Shown: piece after piece, positions 1 to 13,179 of the stretch
Numbering within the stretch: the first letter of the stretch is position 1
How the letters are laid out: each line of letters opens with the position of its first letter
Source of the DNA: Microbotryum violaceum
Lineage: Eukaryota
Length of the DNA stretch: 64,000 nt
Direction: 5' to 3'
NCBI GenBank assembly: GCA_001244265.2
Contig: CDLV01000005.1
Span: 248,001 to 312,000, forward strand
The notes under the pieces: model-generated
Database searches by the model: none
The model's input: only the letters and a program-made list of their open reading frames with translations
What the model was told of the DNA's origin: nothing
Program-made: the position numbers and the translations under genes

Positions 1-991
1 GCATCTAATTCAAAATGTAGCATCTGTCTGCTGTCTTCGGCCCTGTTGAAGGATCTGTACAAGGTGAGAGGAATGTTGGGTGACTGCGAGCCTACCTGCA
101 CCCGTAGGATCCGTCGGGATCCGTCGGCTTTTGCCGCGAGTGGGCCAGCCGCTCCGACGTGCGTCGGCGAACCCCCACACAAATCCGAGATTTATAGCGC
201 CTTCGCAGTCCGCTGTCTCTACTCTCTTGTGCTTCTCATCCCACCAAACACAATGTTTATACAGTGTGAGTCCTTCAAGCACTGCATTCGGCGTCATTTA
301 GGTTGAACCTTTTAGTTGCCAGCTGACGAGCGCGACTTCCACTACTTTTTCCTTGACCCGTGTGTACTGGGCTCGTTTCCGGACGTCCAGATGGCCAAAG
401 GGGAAATTGAGATTATAGTTCTCAAGTCAACACCTCTCACTTTTCACCTCTTTTAAATGATTGTCAAGTAATTATTGTGGGCCTGCTGCGATAGGCGGGG
501 TTACGCAGCAACACGTCAACGACACCGGACGTCCTCCTTACACCCCATCCACACCTACTAGCGATCTCAAGGAAGGTTTCAGAGGTACAGGGACCTCAGC
601 TTATTTTTAAAAAAAACCACTGTTTCCACTCATGCTGCGTTCGAGTCGATACTATGGCATATTGGGCGACAGCTCTAGCCCGTCAACGATTTCCGGACGT
701 CGAACCGGATCCCCTTCTCGAGCAATGGAAGATGTATGGAATATTAGACCCGGCCCATGTATGGAGGGGAGCAGGCGATAGGTATAGAAATCATATACTG
801 AGAATATGGAGGCCCAGGGCTTCCGCTACGTTCTTCTTTTTCCTTTCTTTTTCACCAACTTTTTTCAGGACGAGCGCGCCGACATCATCCAGCGGCCCGA
901 ATTGCGCCTCCGCTCCGCAGCGCCTTAATCGGCTATCTTCCTTCCCGCCCTTTACCCACTGAAAACAGTAAACCTCGCCCCTCAGCTCAGC

Positions 992-3407
992 ATGCCTTCT
1001 TCCGCCCCTTTTGCCAAGTACATCGAGGACAACCAGGATGCGTTGATCGAGCGCCTCGCTGCGTCGGTTGCGATCGCCTCCGTCTCGGGCGACCCTTCGT
1101 ACCGACCTGAGGTGCACCGCATGGGCAAGTGGCTCCAGGACGAGCTCGTGAAGCTGGGTGTCGAGTGAGTGGTTGCATCTTGCCTGCTGTTGCGGTTGCT
1201 TCTGGTGTGTGGGCGGCTGTTGAGCGGAGGCGACCTTTCATTTCGTTGGGTGAGGGTGCGACACGAGATAAGCTTCCCCAGGCTCAGGCGGAGAGAAGAG
1301 AGCCGACGACCTCAACGTCATCACGCCCGTCGCCGATCGGCCGCCCCCCACAACCGCCGCAGCTCTCTCGCCCAATCGGATCATTGATCCCCACTCTCCA
1401 CCTCGTTCACAGGGTCGAATCCGTTCCCCTCGGCCCCCAGACTCTTGACGGCCAGGAGGTGCAACTGCCCCCCGTCTTGCTCGGTCAGTCTTCGCGGTGA
1501 CGAGCCAGTCGGGAACACGTGGGACTTGAGGAAGGCTGACCCCTGTATCTCCCACACAGGCAAGTACGGCTCCGACCCCAAGAAGAAGACCATCCTTATC
1601 TACGGCCACTACGATGTCCAGCCCGTACGTCAAGCGCATAAGCTCCTAACCCCACCCCACTTATATCCGACCTCGGAGCCCCCACGCTGACGGTGTCTCC
1701 TGTGCTCCTTCCCCACCCCGCGCACCCCACGTAAAATCTAAATACAAACAGGCGCTCAAATCCGACGGCTGGGAGACGGAGCCCTTTGAACTCAAGGAGG
1801 ACAAGGCCACCGGCCGCTTCTACGGTCGAGGATCGTCCGATGACAAGGGCCCCATTCTTGGGTGGTTGAACGTGCGTCTCTATGAGGGCCATGTAGAGAC
1901 ACACGGCCCAACGAGAGACTCACACACGAGCGAGGTGAATTGCACAGGTCATCGAGGCTCACCAAAAGACCAACACCGAGATGCCCGTCAACCTGCGAAT
2001 GTGCTTCGAGGGTATGGAGGAGTCCGGATCCAACGGCCTCGAGGAAGTCGTTGTTGCCGAGGCCAAGAAGACCTTTAAGGATGTCGACGCCGTTTGCATC
2101 TCCGTGAGTTTGCACCTGCAGTACCACTTGGATGAACGAGACTAACCCTGTCGAAGCCATTTTGACAGGACAACTACTGGCTCGGCACTACTTCGCCCTG
2201 CCTCACCTACGGTCTCCGAGGCTTGGCCTATTTCTCCGTCTCCATCTCCGGACCCGGTGCCGACTTGCACTCCGGTGTCTTCGGTGGTATGGTCCACGAG
2301 CCCATGACCGATTTGTTCGCCATCTTCTCCAAGCTCGTCACCCCCCAGGGGGAGATCCTCGTCCCCGGCATCGCCGACAAGGTTGCACCTTTGACCCCCG
2401 AGGAGAAGAAGCGCTACGAGGTCATCGACGTCAAGGTGGGTTGAGAGGATCTGCAGAGACTGGGGTCGGAGTCTGCACAAGCCGTTACTGACCATCGTCT
2501 TCGCCGCGCAGGTCTCCGACTTTGAGCAAGCCGCTGGTGCCGAGGTAACGATCAGCCAGGACAAGGCCACTGTCTTGATGGCTCGCATGCGTTACCCCTC
2601 GCTCTCGATCCACGGTATCGAAGGTGCCTTCTCCGCCGCCGGTGCCAAGACGGTCATTCCTTCGTCCGTGCGAGGCAAGTTCTCGATCCGCCTCGTGCCC
2701 GACCTGACTCCTCAGGACGTCGAGAAGCTCGTCCAAACCTACCTCCACGAGGAGTTCGCCAAGCTCGGCTCCAAGAATAAATTCAAGGTCGAGATGTTGT
2801 CCGGTGGTATGCCCTGGGTCGCCTCGAGTAAGTCTGAACGATCTCTTAGTGTACTCTACGTTTGCGCAACCTGGCCGATAGTGCGCCTCGGTTCCCGCTC
2901 GCTTCACGCACAGCCTTGCCGTGCCGAGATCAATTGCCCACGCGCAGAGCCCAGTCACGTGCGATTTCCTCGCGGAAACCGGCTGATTTTATTCATTCTT
3001 TTTCGTCAAAACAGTCGACCACTGGAACTTCCGAGCTGGTACAAAGGCAACAGAGACCGTGTACGGCAAGACGCCCGATTACACGCGTGAAGGTGGATCG
3101 ATCCCCATCACCTTGACCTTTGCCGACGCGCTCGGCGTGAACGTCATGCTCTTGCCTATGGGACGAGGCGATGACGGAGCCCACTCGGTAAATAAAAATA
3201 AAAATAGTCTCGTTTTCGTTTGTTATACAGTCACCTTCACTGACACGTCATGTTCTCCTCCCTTTGTGCTACCATGTTTTTGTCATTCGATTTGTGTGTT
3301 GGGCTTTTCTTGGTCTTTAGATCAACGAGAAGCTCGATCGATCGAACTTTGTGCAAGGGTCCATCTTGCTTGGCGAATACCTTACCGAGGTCGCGAAACT
3401 CGCCTAA
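992..3407 (+). CDS. DUG1: Cytosolic non-specific dipeptidase / Cys-Gly metallodipeptidase (M20, CNDP2/Dug1); multi-exon
   Basis: ATG at 992 ([16 protein letters not shown]...). Spliced exons give [59 protein letters not shown] and DDGAHS. TAA at 3405-3407. Confidence 0.93.
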
Positions 3408-4104
3408 ATGCGCATCGCGAGCCCTTAGTCCGCGGAGGCGGAAACTTGCTTTTTGAAGGCTGGTGCAACTTCTTGATCGAGGGTATACCAAGTAGGATCG
3501 TCGATTCTTAAGCAAAAATGAGATTTTTGGATCGAGCTCTAGCGTTACCTGAGTTGTCTATTCCCCCGCACATTGACAAACAATAAAAATGATGTTATTC
3601 TCCTACACGTTAAACCTAGTTGACGGTGGCCGCTGTTTCTGGCGAGATTGCGATCTCTTTGGCCTTCTTGTTCGGGGCACTGACGGTAAAGAAAAGGAAT
3701 TACCCAGGTAGGTAGGTAAGGGGTAGGAGGAAGCTCAAACAAACTACGTGGGACTGCGGTCTTCAATAGTCGTGAGAAGCCGAAGGCGAGGCGGGATAGG
3801 ACTCCAAATTCGTCTGTGTTAGTCGTTCTCAGGAGGTACAATTTGTAGCAAAGGGGGGTTCTATCCAGAATGCTAGAAGATAACGCGGAATAGGGAAATA
3901 TAGATGAAATCGTCGAGCAAGAGGGGAGGAATTAGTTATGTAATGAACGGGAATAGGTGATAGGTATACGTCATCGGCCCTCCCGTCGTCGAAGGCGGGT
4001 TCGGTTCGACTCGAGAGGGAAGAGTGAGGACCGGCTCACCCTAAACCCCCAATTACAACTTTCATGGAATATTCCGGCTGGGCTTGCGTTCGTTAAGATC
4101 TCTC

Positions 4105-6257
4105 TTAAATGCGACGATCCAGCAACCTGAGTTGTCGCTCGTCCTCGGCTCCGCGCTGTTGATCTGGCAACCGGGGTCCGCCTTCCGAGTCGGGGTCATC
4201 CGGATTCCAATCCTCGCGCTTATCGTCGTCGTCGAGGAAGGTCCCTCGCAGCGGTGAGATAAGCGAACCCATAGACGGCGAAGAAGCCGTACTCGTCATC
4301 CCCGAGGCCAATTCGCTATATGGAGCGAGCTGTCGAGAGATTCCTGCCGATCCGGGCGGAGTAGGTACCTGGGGCGGCTGCGAAGAACCGTGCAGGGAAT
4401 CCTTCCAGAAAGGGGAAGGCTGCGTTAGCGAGGTCGTCGAAGAGGTCGAGGATTGTGATCGGGCATGGGTCGAAAGGGTAGGGGAAATCTCTTGCGGTTC
4501 TGAAGCGACGGAATATCGGCTCGGGATCGGGAGCGAAGACGTCGAAGCGGAATTAGGGGCGCCGTGATGATCCCGACTATCCCATCTTGGCCCTCCACTC
4601 GTCGTCGAAGCAATGCCCGGATATGAAAACGTCCAAGCAGTGGAACCGTGCGGTGAGACGTTTGAAAATATCGAAACAGGTGACAACGATTTATTCGAGC
4701 CTCCGGTGTGATCGACGGAGCCCGAAACCCTGCTGAAACGAGCGGCGTCGAACGATTGCGAGGAGAGGAGTGGCGGTCGATCGCCGTCCGATTTGGCCGT
4801 GCTCGGACGATCACTCGTATGCCGGTCTCGATCGGCTTCCGTGGAACTGAGAGCTTTCGAGCGGACTTCGTGAAGGTTGGAGTGGCTTCGTCGGTATGAG
4901 AGTTTGGCCGCAGAAAAGGAGGGGTGGGGGCCAAAGAGACTTGGCAAGGTCGCCGGAGCAACGGGCGGTGATCGAGCTTCCGCCGAAGAACACGAGGAGG
5001 AGGATGACACAGATGGTGAACGTCGAGGTATATCACTATTGGCATTACCATCCTCGCGTGAGGATGGAAAGCTCGCCTGGAAAATGGCCTGCAACATCGG
5101 GTCGTGGAGGGGGCTTCGGAGGGTACCGGATCGCCGGGCGGCTTTGGAATTGTACGCGATGAGATGCATCTTGGAGTTTGTCTGAGGGTCGATGGAGGAG
5201 AAGGATTGCTTGATGAGGGTCTCGTCACCGCGTGAGGGTACCTCCAGATAGGTCAAGAAGGCTCCTGACACGCGAGAAGCTGTGCAAGCACGAAAGAAAA
5301 CGGGTCGGTCAGGTATGGGGTCGAACGTTGGTCGGTGCCACGACAACAAGATCTGATAATGTCCCTCGAAGCTCAAAAGACTCACGAGTCCATTTAATGT
5401 GATCTGTCCACCTGCGTATCCCCGCTTCCTCTTCTTCCCAGCAGAAGCACGCCCCGGGCTTGATGAATTGGATACCTGCAAAGCCGGGAGAGGGTTGAGT
5501 TGCTGCAAGCCAGGGGACGTACGCTCGGCACAAGCGATGTGGACTCACGTTCATCGTCAGTCAATCGTCTTGTAACCCGAGGAAGAATCTGTTGGGATGC
5601 ACACCGTGGTTAGTTTGGCGGTCTAGCGTGGACCGGAACAGGTTCGCCGACTCGGTCGCCGCGAGGTGCTTACTCCTTGCTTGCTCGCCTCCAAGATCAC
5701 TTGCGCATCCTGGACCGTGGTGATTGTACCAAAGTAGGAATCTGCTTGAGAAGGTAGGTGTAAAGTTTCAGTTATCTGGTAGCATCTAGAACATGTACGA
5801 AAATGTTATTTTGATCGCGAGAGTTCGTGCCTCGGTTGCTTCGCGTTCGGAGAATTATCTCGGAACAGTGCCCGGTTCCGGGATAGATTAAATTGTGGCG
5901 ATCAGTTCCCAAAGGCCCTGAAGCCGCATGACATGGCCAATCACCGCCGGCCAAGCCTGAACTCCAGCAACTCGAAAGCTTGGAAAAAAGGCACCTCGTG
6001 CACCCTGCAGAACACGACTTTGTCGAGTAGACATTCGTCGGTTTTACCCGGATCCCACGGCAAGTTCCGGCGCAGGCGCCCGGCTCGATCGAGTCGGTGA
6101 TTGGTGGACCGGGTGATCATCGATCATCTTCGGGGAACGGTGCGGGGCGGAGAACGAAACTGAAGAACACATTGGAAAGAGAAGCTGGAAACTGAGACCC
6201 GTACGTGAATGAAAAGGACTCACGGCCAGCGGCGACGAGTTCGCTGTGGTCAACCAT
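4105..6257 (-). CDS. Gti1/Pac2 (WOPR-domain) fungal transcription factor with a long Ser/Pro-rich C-terminus
   Basis: Exons encode SYFGTITTVQDAQVILEASKQG, GACFCWEEEEAGIRRWTDHIKWT|PSRVSGAFLTY, LIKQSFS and KMHLIAY, all WOPR motifs. Exon 1 (6257-6224, MVDHSELVAAG) joins in phase across a GTGAGT...CAG intron. The start is inferred. Confidence 0.85.
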
Positions 6258-6531
6258 GTGGGCCAACCTACACGGGCCTCACAGCGGTTAATGTCAAGGA
6301 TTAGGAGCGACTGGAGCCCTTGGCGTCTGCAATCGAACAAAGTCGTGGCGGGCCGGAAGTGTGCTCCGGAGGCAATGTACTTGATGCTCGAGGTGGATGA
6401 GTGAAGTCGAGTGCGGGCTGTGATTCGCGTCACGCAACTATCTCGGAGGCGAATACGGCGATGGTACGGAAATCCGAGATCACCCCTTGGCCGCGACAGG
6501 CAGAATGTGGCGCCGGCGGCGGATGGAACCG

Positions 6532-6578
6532 GCTCGAGGGGTCGGGCTCGAGGGGTCGGTCTCGAGGGGTCGGGCTCG
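6532..6578. repeat. Tandem 14-bp repeat (GCTCGAGGGGTCGG x3.3) upstream of the WOPR gene
   Basis: Read directly; one substitution in copy 3. Confidence 0.85.
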
Positions 6579-6980
6579 CGAGTCGCGAGACGAAGAGGGG
6601 CCGTGTATTCCCAAGGCAGAAGCTGGGAATACTGGCTCTACAGAGACGAGTGACCAGACCGCACTATTGTGAACGACCTTCTACTCAGCACTGGGACGAC
6701 AGAGCGGAAGAAGAAAGAAGGGCCATTGTGCTGCCACCGGCGACAAAAAATCCCGAGCAGCGCGATTCGATCGGCGGTCGATCATTGGTAGCGCGGAGTG
6801 CGCTGGTGGGGCCAATCCGCCTGGAACTAAATGGATCAATGGAAAAATAGCAAGCATGCCCATTGATCGGCGCTATGGGCCCGCGCTCGACGACACAAGG
6901 GGGCTCTTTTGAGGCACGCGCACATGGTGGAACGATCCAACGTCCAACGGCTGGATTCTCGACCGGTCGACTGTCAGTAA

Positions 6981-7815
6981 GACCCCCGAAAGCCCAGCCA
7001 TAGGCGGCCCTCTAAAAACGGCCTTTTTCGAGGCAAAATGTCCAAATTTTTGCCGGATTCTGACTGACAATGTCCAAATATGAGGGCCATCTAGTTTTGA
7101 ATAATTCCTCAAAACTACTCTACAAGCTGTACATTGCTCAATTCTGCGCTGTGCGCAGACTGCGTTCCCGCCGCGCGCGGGCCGGAAAGGTCGCGCGCGC
7201 GCACCAAGAGCGCCGCCAACGAGCCTTTTCGAGATGAAATGGACTCGAATAGGACCTCATTTTTGTTTGTACATTCAATGGAGTTCAATGACAGTACAAT
7301 CATCCTAATACCTAGAATCTGTGGAAAATTCGGAGGAAATGCAATTAAGCACACAGGCTAGGCCAGTAGTGTAGGACTCATTGCCCCTGCAGTGATTCAG
7401 AAGCAATCATATGCATACCCACTAAAACCCCCTTGCAAGATTTACAGAGACGCAAGGTGATCTTGGACTCCTGAATTGACACCCGGAGCTCCTCGAGTGC
7501 CGTTTCAGTGATCGGTTCCAAAGGATCCGACGACAACCGGCGGCGGCGAGAGAGCTTCCAGGTCGAAAGGAAGAAGAAGAGACGTAGCTCGACAAGTCGA
7601 CGTTCCCAGCGAGAGACGACCAAAAAAACGATAAATGATCGCACAAATGCAGATACTCTAACGCGCTCCCCGAAGGGAGGAAAATATCCAAAAACGAGGT
7701 GAGCCTCGACCCATTTTGAGCCAAAAATGTCCAAATTTGCGGGCTGTCTAGCCGATTGTCGGGTCCCCAGAATGTCCAAATCTGCGGGCCGCCTCTGGCT
7801 GGGCTTTCGGGGGTC
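6981..7815. repeat. 30-bp inverted repeat pair enclosing four direct AATGTCCAAAT copies; possible degenerate DNA-transposon remnant
   Basis: 6981-7010 and 7786-7815 are reverse complements with 1 mismatch. AATGTCCAAAT occurs at 7037, 7069, 7726 and 7771. No TSD or transposase identified. Confidence 0.5.
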
Positions 7816-9254
7816 CTCTGTCAGTTCTTTTCGATGCGAACATGGCAAGTCGAACTCGGCAAAGTTCAGGCTCGCCCCGGCTATAATTCCGGGTTCTGAA
7901 GACTCAAGTAGCGATGTGGGCCTGACAGAGCTAGAACATCACTGAGAAGCCCGGAGACAGCCCAGGTCGTGATCGCTAGACTGACCTCGGAAGAGAGTCC
8001 GGGCTGCTTGTCACACTCCGGCAAGGTTGGTGTCAAAAGGCCGCACCAAGGCTAGCGAAACTACAAGCCGCGACAACCGCTCGCGCGTGAAAAAGAAGTG
8101 CCCAAGCCCATCAACTTCTGGATCAGGTGGAAGACATCGAAGCTCAGAGCGGGCTTGAAAATAGCCTTATTAATAAGCTTCTACACTTTTAGCAGCACTC
8201 GGCGGTCGATAATCGGAATTTTTTGAATAGGAGATCTTCCGCTGCACGTTGTGTAATGCACGAGCGTCTTGAGTTGAATGCGCAATGATTATTTTCCCGA
8301 TGAATAGAACACTTCGAATAAGGGGCACACAGCACAGCTCCGCGGATCAACGAGCCTTGAAGTGAAGGTTGCGCGTCGCTGACATCACCGTGGCGAGATG
8401 ATGCCACAGACGCATCCATAGGTGCCAACGGGTTATCTTTTGGACAGTTGTTTGAAGCAGCGGCTGGGCAACTGAGATTCCGCACCGCATAGGTAGGTGA
8501 GTTCCCAGGTGTAAATTTGGTCCGCGGAAGATGAAAGATTAGCTGACGCGCCTTCCGACCAAGTCAGGTACCATGGGTAATCGCGTGATCTGTAGGCTCA
8601 CCCTACGACCCAGTTCTTTAAGGTACCTACGGCGGGGCACTACTAGCTACTTTGTAGGTGCCGGCATCTCGCCGAGGTCTACCAAATGTCTCGCAGGTAC
8701 TTGCAAGCATTGCAACTGATGGCCTTGCGATTGGGTTCACGGATCTGCCCACCCACCCACTCTTCTTCATTCGATCCAATTGGTCGAGTGTACGGGCCGC
8801 GGCCCTTCGGGTGCGGACACCGGTCCATTTGCTCGACCGGCGCGGATGACTCGATGACTGGAGCAGGGCAGGGTAAGCGCTGAGCGAGCTACACTCGCGA
8901 CGATTCCTCACTACTCTGGCAACGAGTCTTTGTGCCTGCTCAAGCATAGAAACGGACGGGCTCGGAAAGCTTGGGTCCTCGACTCCTCCCCCTCGCTTCT
9001 TCCGAAGGCGACACCTTGTCGGTCCAGAACGCCGTCTTCCGTCTTTCGCGCTACAACTTAAAAAGGAAAGACTTGGGTCTGATGGCACCACTAGAAATGA
9101 GGCCCCTTCACTTGGAACTTGGGTCTGATTAGCGCGATGTCTCGTCTGCACTGGTTATAGTAAATGCACTGGCGAAGGCTCACTTGCTCTTGGATCCCAC
9201 CGCTTTTACGCGCGAGTGTCTCCTTCTGCCCCCCCCCCTCCTGTAAAGGGGTAG

Positions 9255-9318
9255 TGTTGAGGTTGACAACCTAATCATCGTATTAAATTTGTCGATGGTC
9301 AGGTTGTCAACCTCAACA
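9255..9318. mobile_element. 64-bp palindromic mini-element (MITE-like) with TGTTG...CAACA ends and 5-bp TSD GGTAG
   Basis: Perfect 18-bp terminal inverted repeat TGTTGAGGTTGACAACCT / AGGTTGTCAACCTCAACA, extending to 26 bp with 2 mismatches. GGTAG at 9250-9254 and 9319-9323. Confidence 0.75.
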
Positions 9319-9553
9319 GGTAGAACATCATATGACAGATGGGCTCGTCATCGCCGTTGATTGAACGCTAACCCGAAAATGAAAGTTGCCCACGACGCGA
9401 TATCACCTGCCCACCCTCTTTCAAAGCCTCGAGGAGGGACGAGGACAGCGAGCGACCAACACTTGCCCTTGAAAGAAAGCTAATTGTCACCGCAGTAGCA
9501 ACCCATGAACCATCATAATTACACGCAAAAGTATTTGCACTCGCACCTCTATT

Positions 9554-12518
9554 TTACAACAAATCCTGATCGTGCACACCAGCGCCTCGCGGCTGGTCAG
9601 CTTCGTACCCGTACTGACTGAACGCACTCATGCCACCCTGCGCCGATTGCTCGAACGACATGCGTGCCAAACTGGCATAAGGATCCAAATCGTCGTCGAT
9701 CGGGAGTGGGGAAGGTAGTGCATTCGAGCCATTGTTCTCGTTCGTTTTCGATACGGTGGTGGTTTGGGCCGAGGCTGCCCCACCGTTCGCGGCCGCCGGG
9801 TTCAACGCGACGTCCTCATCCTCGGAATCGTCGTCGTCCAGCAATCCCTCCCCGCGATGCGTCGATAAATCGTCAACGACGCTCTCCTTCCTTGTCAATC
9901 GAGGCGGAAGAGCTGGTGGTGCCGAACCCGTTGTCGGCAGAGCAGGGACGGGTCGCGATCCACTACCGTTGTTCGTCGCCGTCGTCGTCGGTGCCCGCAC
10001 GACCGGGATCGAATCGAGCTGGGACTGCTTGGCTAAGGGATCCAGCGCGGGCGAGTCATGTAAGGACTTTGCCCGTGCGCCCCGAACGAACGTCTGCGGT
10101 TCCTTCATATAGAGCGACGCGAGCGTTCCGGTATGCAACAGCAGTCGATCGAGCACGCCCCGGTCCATGGCTTCCGATTCAGTCGAGATCTCGGGCTTGT
10201 CCGCAAGCACGATTTCGCCGGCAACCCCGGGGTTGGTCGAGAGCAATCGCCAATAAATAAAGCCGCGATCACGCAGATCCGGGTTGTCGACGTCCTCGGT
10301 CGCCCACTTTAAGACTTTGGGGACGAGCTCTTGACCTGCCGTTGGTCGCTTGATGAAGAGCTTGACAGTAGCTGTCAACAGTGCGAGTTGCACCTGTATC
10401 ATAGATCAAAAGAGCCTCTATCAGCGCACGCTTTTCGCGCTGATCGACAAGTCTCGCGACCTTGCATTGAAATGAGTTCGGCCCAAAGCATGAGAGACCA
10501 GTCGTTTCCGAGAACTCACTTCGACCGGTTCGTCCGCGAACGAAAACAAGAAATCGTCGAGCAGCTCATCAGAGTTCTCGATCCGATCGGCGTACTCGCC
10601 CAAGATCCAAATCATCGCGGCCTTGGCGTCCGGTGTGTCGAGCGCGTCCAAATTCTCACACAGCGTTCCGATGATCCCCTCGTACTGGTTGGGGTAGCGT
10701 CGGAAGATGTCCTTGATGACCACGATGGCCTCTTGTACGACGTAGTTGACCTTGGTCTTGACCAAAGCGAGGAGGGCAGTGATGCAGAGGTCGGCGGCCG
10801 AGGCGATTTTGATGGCGAGTCGGCCGATCGAGCGCACGGCCTTGCGGACGAATTCGACGTCGACTTCCGAAGCGTATCTGCCATGCATTGGCACCGAATC
10901 AGTCACTGTTGCAGTAACGTCGGGATCCGAACACGTGGCCCGGGTCTAGTCACTCACTCCTTAAGTTCGGCCAAGACCTGCTCAACATTCTTCTCGTTTG
11001 CGAGCCTATAGATAATTTCGAGTTTGGCCAATTTGACGTAAATGGGGTCGTTGTACTTGCAAAAAAAGACCCTGACGTCGTTCTTGAGTACCGAAGGTCG
11101 ACGCTGAATGATGAGGTGGATGTTGCGAAGAGCGACGTATTGAACCTCGTAGCCCGAGGACAGTAAGGTGACTGTGTGTCCGCGAAAGAGGTGATGAGAT
11201 GAAAGGTTTCCCCAGCCCGCCTCTATACTCCTCAAGGGCTCACCTAATGGCGGTGAGAGTTTGCGACACATGTTGTCGACGACCTCGCGACTACCCATGT
11301 AGTTCATGAGGTAGAGAATGACTTTGACGGTCGTCAGCACGACGGCCGAATTGGAATGTTGCAAGCGGATCGCTATTCGCTCGGCTAACAACTCGGCATC
11401 GGCGTGCTCTTCTGGAACGTAGTACATCAACGCTTCGAGGATGTACGTTTGCCCCCATCTGAAGGGTAAATGAGCCGACCGCCAAGTCAGCAATCGGTCG
11501 GTGCAGATCTTTCAGCTCGGCTGAGGGTGTGCACTCACTCTGAACATTCGCCCATGGCGCTGACGAGCCGACTGGCGACCGTCGTATTCAGTCTGAGGTG
11601 TATGCTCTCACTCCGTTCACTAATTTCGGTCAAAGCGGCGACCGCGTTCGCGACGACGGTCGGGTTCGGATCGCCCAGCAAGTCCTTGACCTGGTTGACG
11701 AACCCTTCCTTGTCGACCAAGCGCCGATCGTGCATGTAAAGCTTGGCGACGCAAATCGCGGCCGTTTTGCGAACGTATGGATCCCGATCGCGGAGGCAGG
11801 CGTGCAGAGGGTCGACGAGGGCCTTTAGCACCTCGGGTACGGCGAGGTAGGACATGGTTCGAATGGCCAAAGCTCGGATGAGCGCATTGCGATCGCCGGC
11901 GTCCTGTGCGTAATCGAAAAGCACTGCACAGGTCAGCCCACCAGGCTTTCGGCCTACTCTGCTCCTACCTACAAGCCATGGGCGACTTACAGCCAAGAAG
12001 CCGGGCATGGCATGCTTGACCATCTCGGGTCGTACGCGCGCATAGTTGATCAAGTAGAGGTAGACCATCTTCTTGATGTCGAGCATCTCGATCGAGAGGC
12101 AGGCGATCACCTCGGGGTACAGGGGGGACATGTCCTTTTTTGCAGACAGTACGTTTTCCAAAAGTCAGCTCTCTGGCAGCTCGAGAGTCCGAGGCTGAAG
12201 ACAAGAGGGGTTTAGGACTGACTTGACCCATCGTCATGCTCGCAACGACGCGCTTGAGCACGACCTTTCTCTTCTTGAAGTCCTTGTCCTTCTTGTCACC
12301 TTGCAACTCGGCCCTCAAGCTGAATATGAGTGTTTTCCAACAGGAGAAAAGAAGACAGGAGTGCAGTCCATGCGCGAAAGAAGAGGGTCGCACTGTCAGC
12401 GTCTGATCGCATCGAGCTACCTCATCCCCACGTTCCCATCTCGACGCGGCACGACAGCGACGTACTCGGCCAGCTTGTTGCGCACGAACAGCTTGCTATC
12501 CTGTCCCGTACTCGCCAT
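9554..12518 (-). CDS. APL1: Beta-adaptin, most likely AP-2 complex beta subunit
   Basis: N-terminus [11 protein letters not shown]..., [91 protein letters not shown]. The DSKLF start and lack of an ear domain fit fungal AP-2 beta. Confidence 0.88.
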
Positions 12519-13179
12519 TGTTTGAGAGCCGTTTCTAGATCACCAAACCGAGCCCAAAAGGGATGAACGGGGTGAGGTCGAGCGAGGGGGGGGAAAGGAG
12601 GCTCGGTTTGGACAAAGGTGGGAGAACACACACTCGGTGCGACGTCGTACCACTTGTCAAAAGAGCGCACCCAATCCAGCTCGACAAGAGGCGAGAGAGG
12701 TGACCTGGGTCTCGGAAAGGTCGGTGTACGAGGCGGGTCAGGAAGGTGGCACCGCGTTCTGTGTGGTGAGTCGAAGATGGAGGTGGGTGTGAGTTGGACG
12801 TGACAGAGTGAGCACAACAAACTCGCCGATTTGCGGCGACTGCGGCGAACGACGCGCGCCTCGTCGTCATCGGCCTCAGTCGGCGTCGATCAATCCGAGG
12901 GGAGCTACCAGCGCACCAATTGCACAGCGTCTCATACAACACACCACTTCTCGAATCGCTCTCCGCCCACCAACGAAGCCCACCTCGCCCCAAAGACGAA
13001 TTCAGAATTCGAGAAAATAACACACAACTGCTGCATTGCCAAGAGACCTCTCTCTCCCTCCCTTTCCCCCCCTCCCCGTTCCTCGTCCAGAGACGAAACT
13101 TCGGGGGTCATTCTAATCAAACTCCGACTAAACCAACCATCACGACGAGAAGTATGCTTCTTTTTGATCTTGTCGGCGT

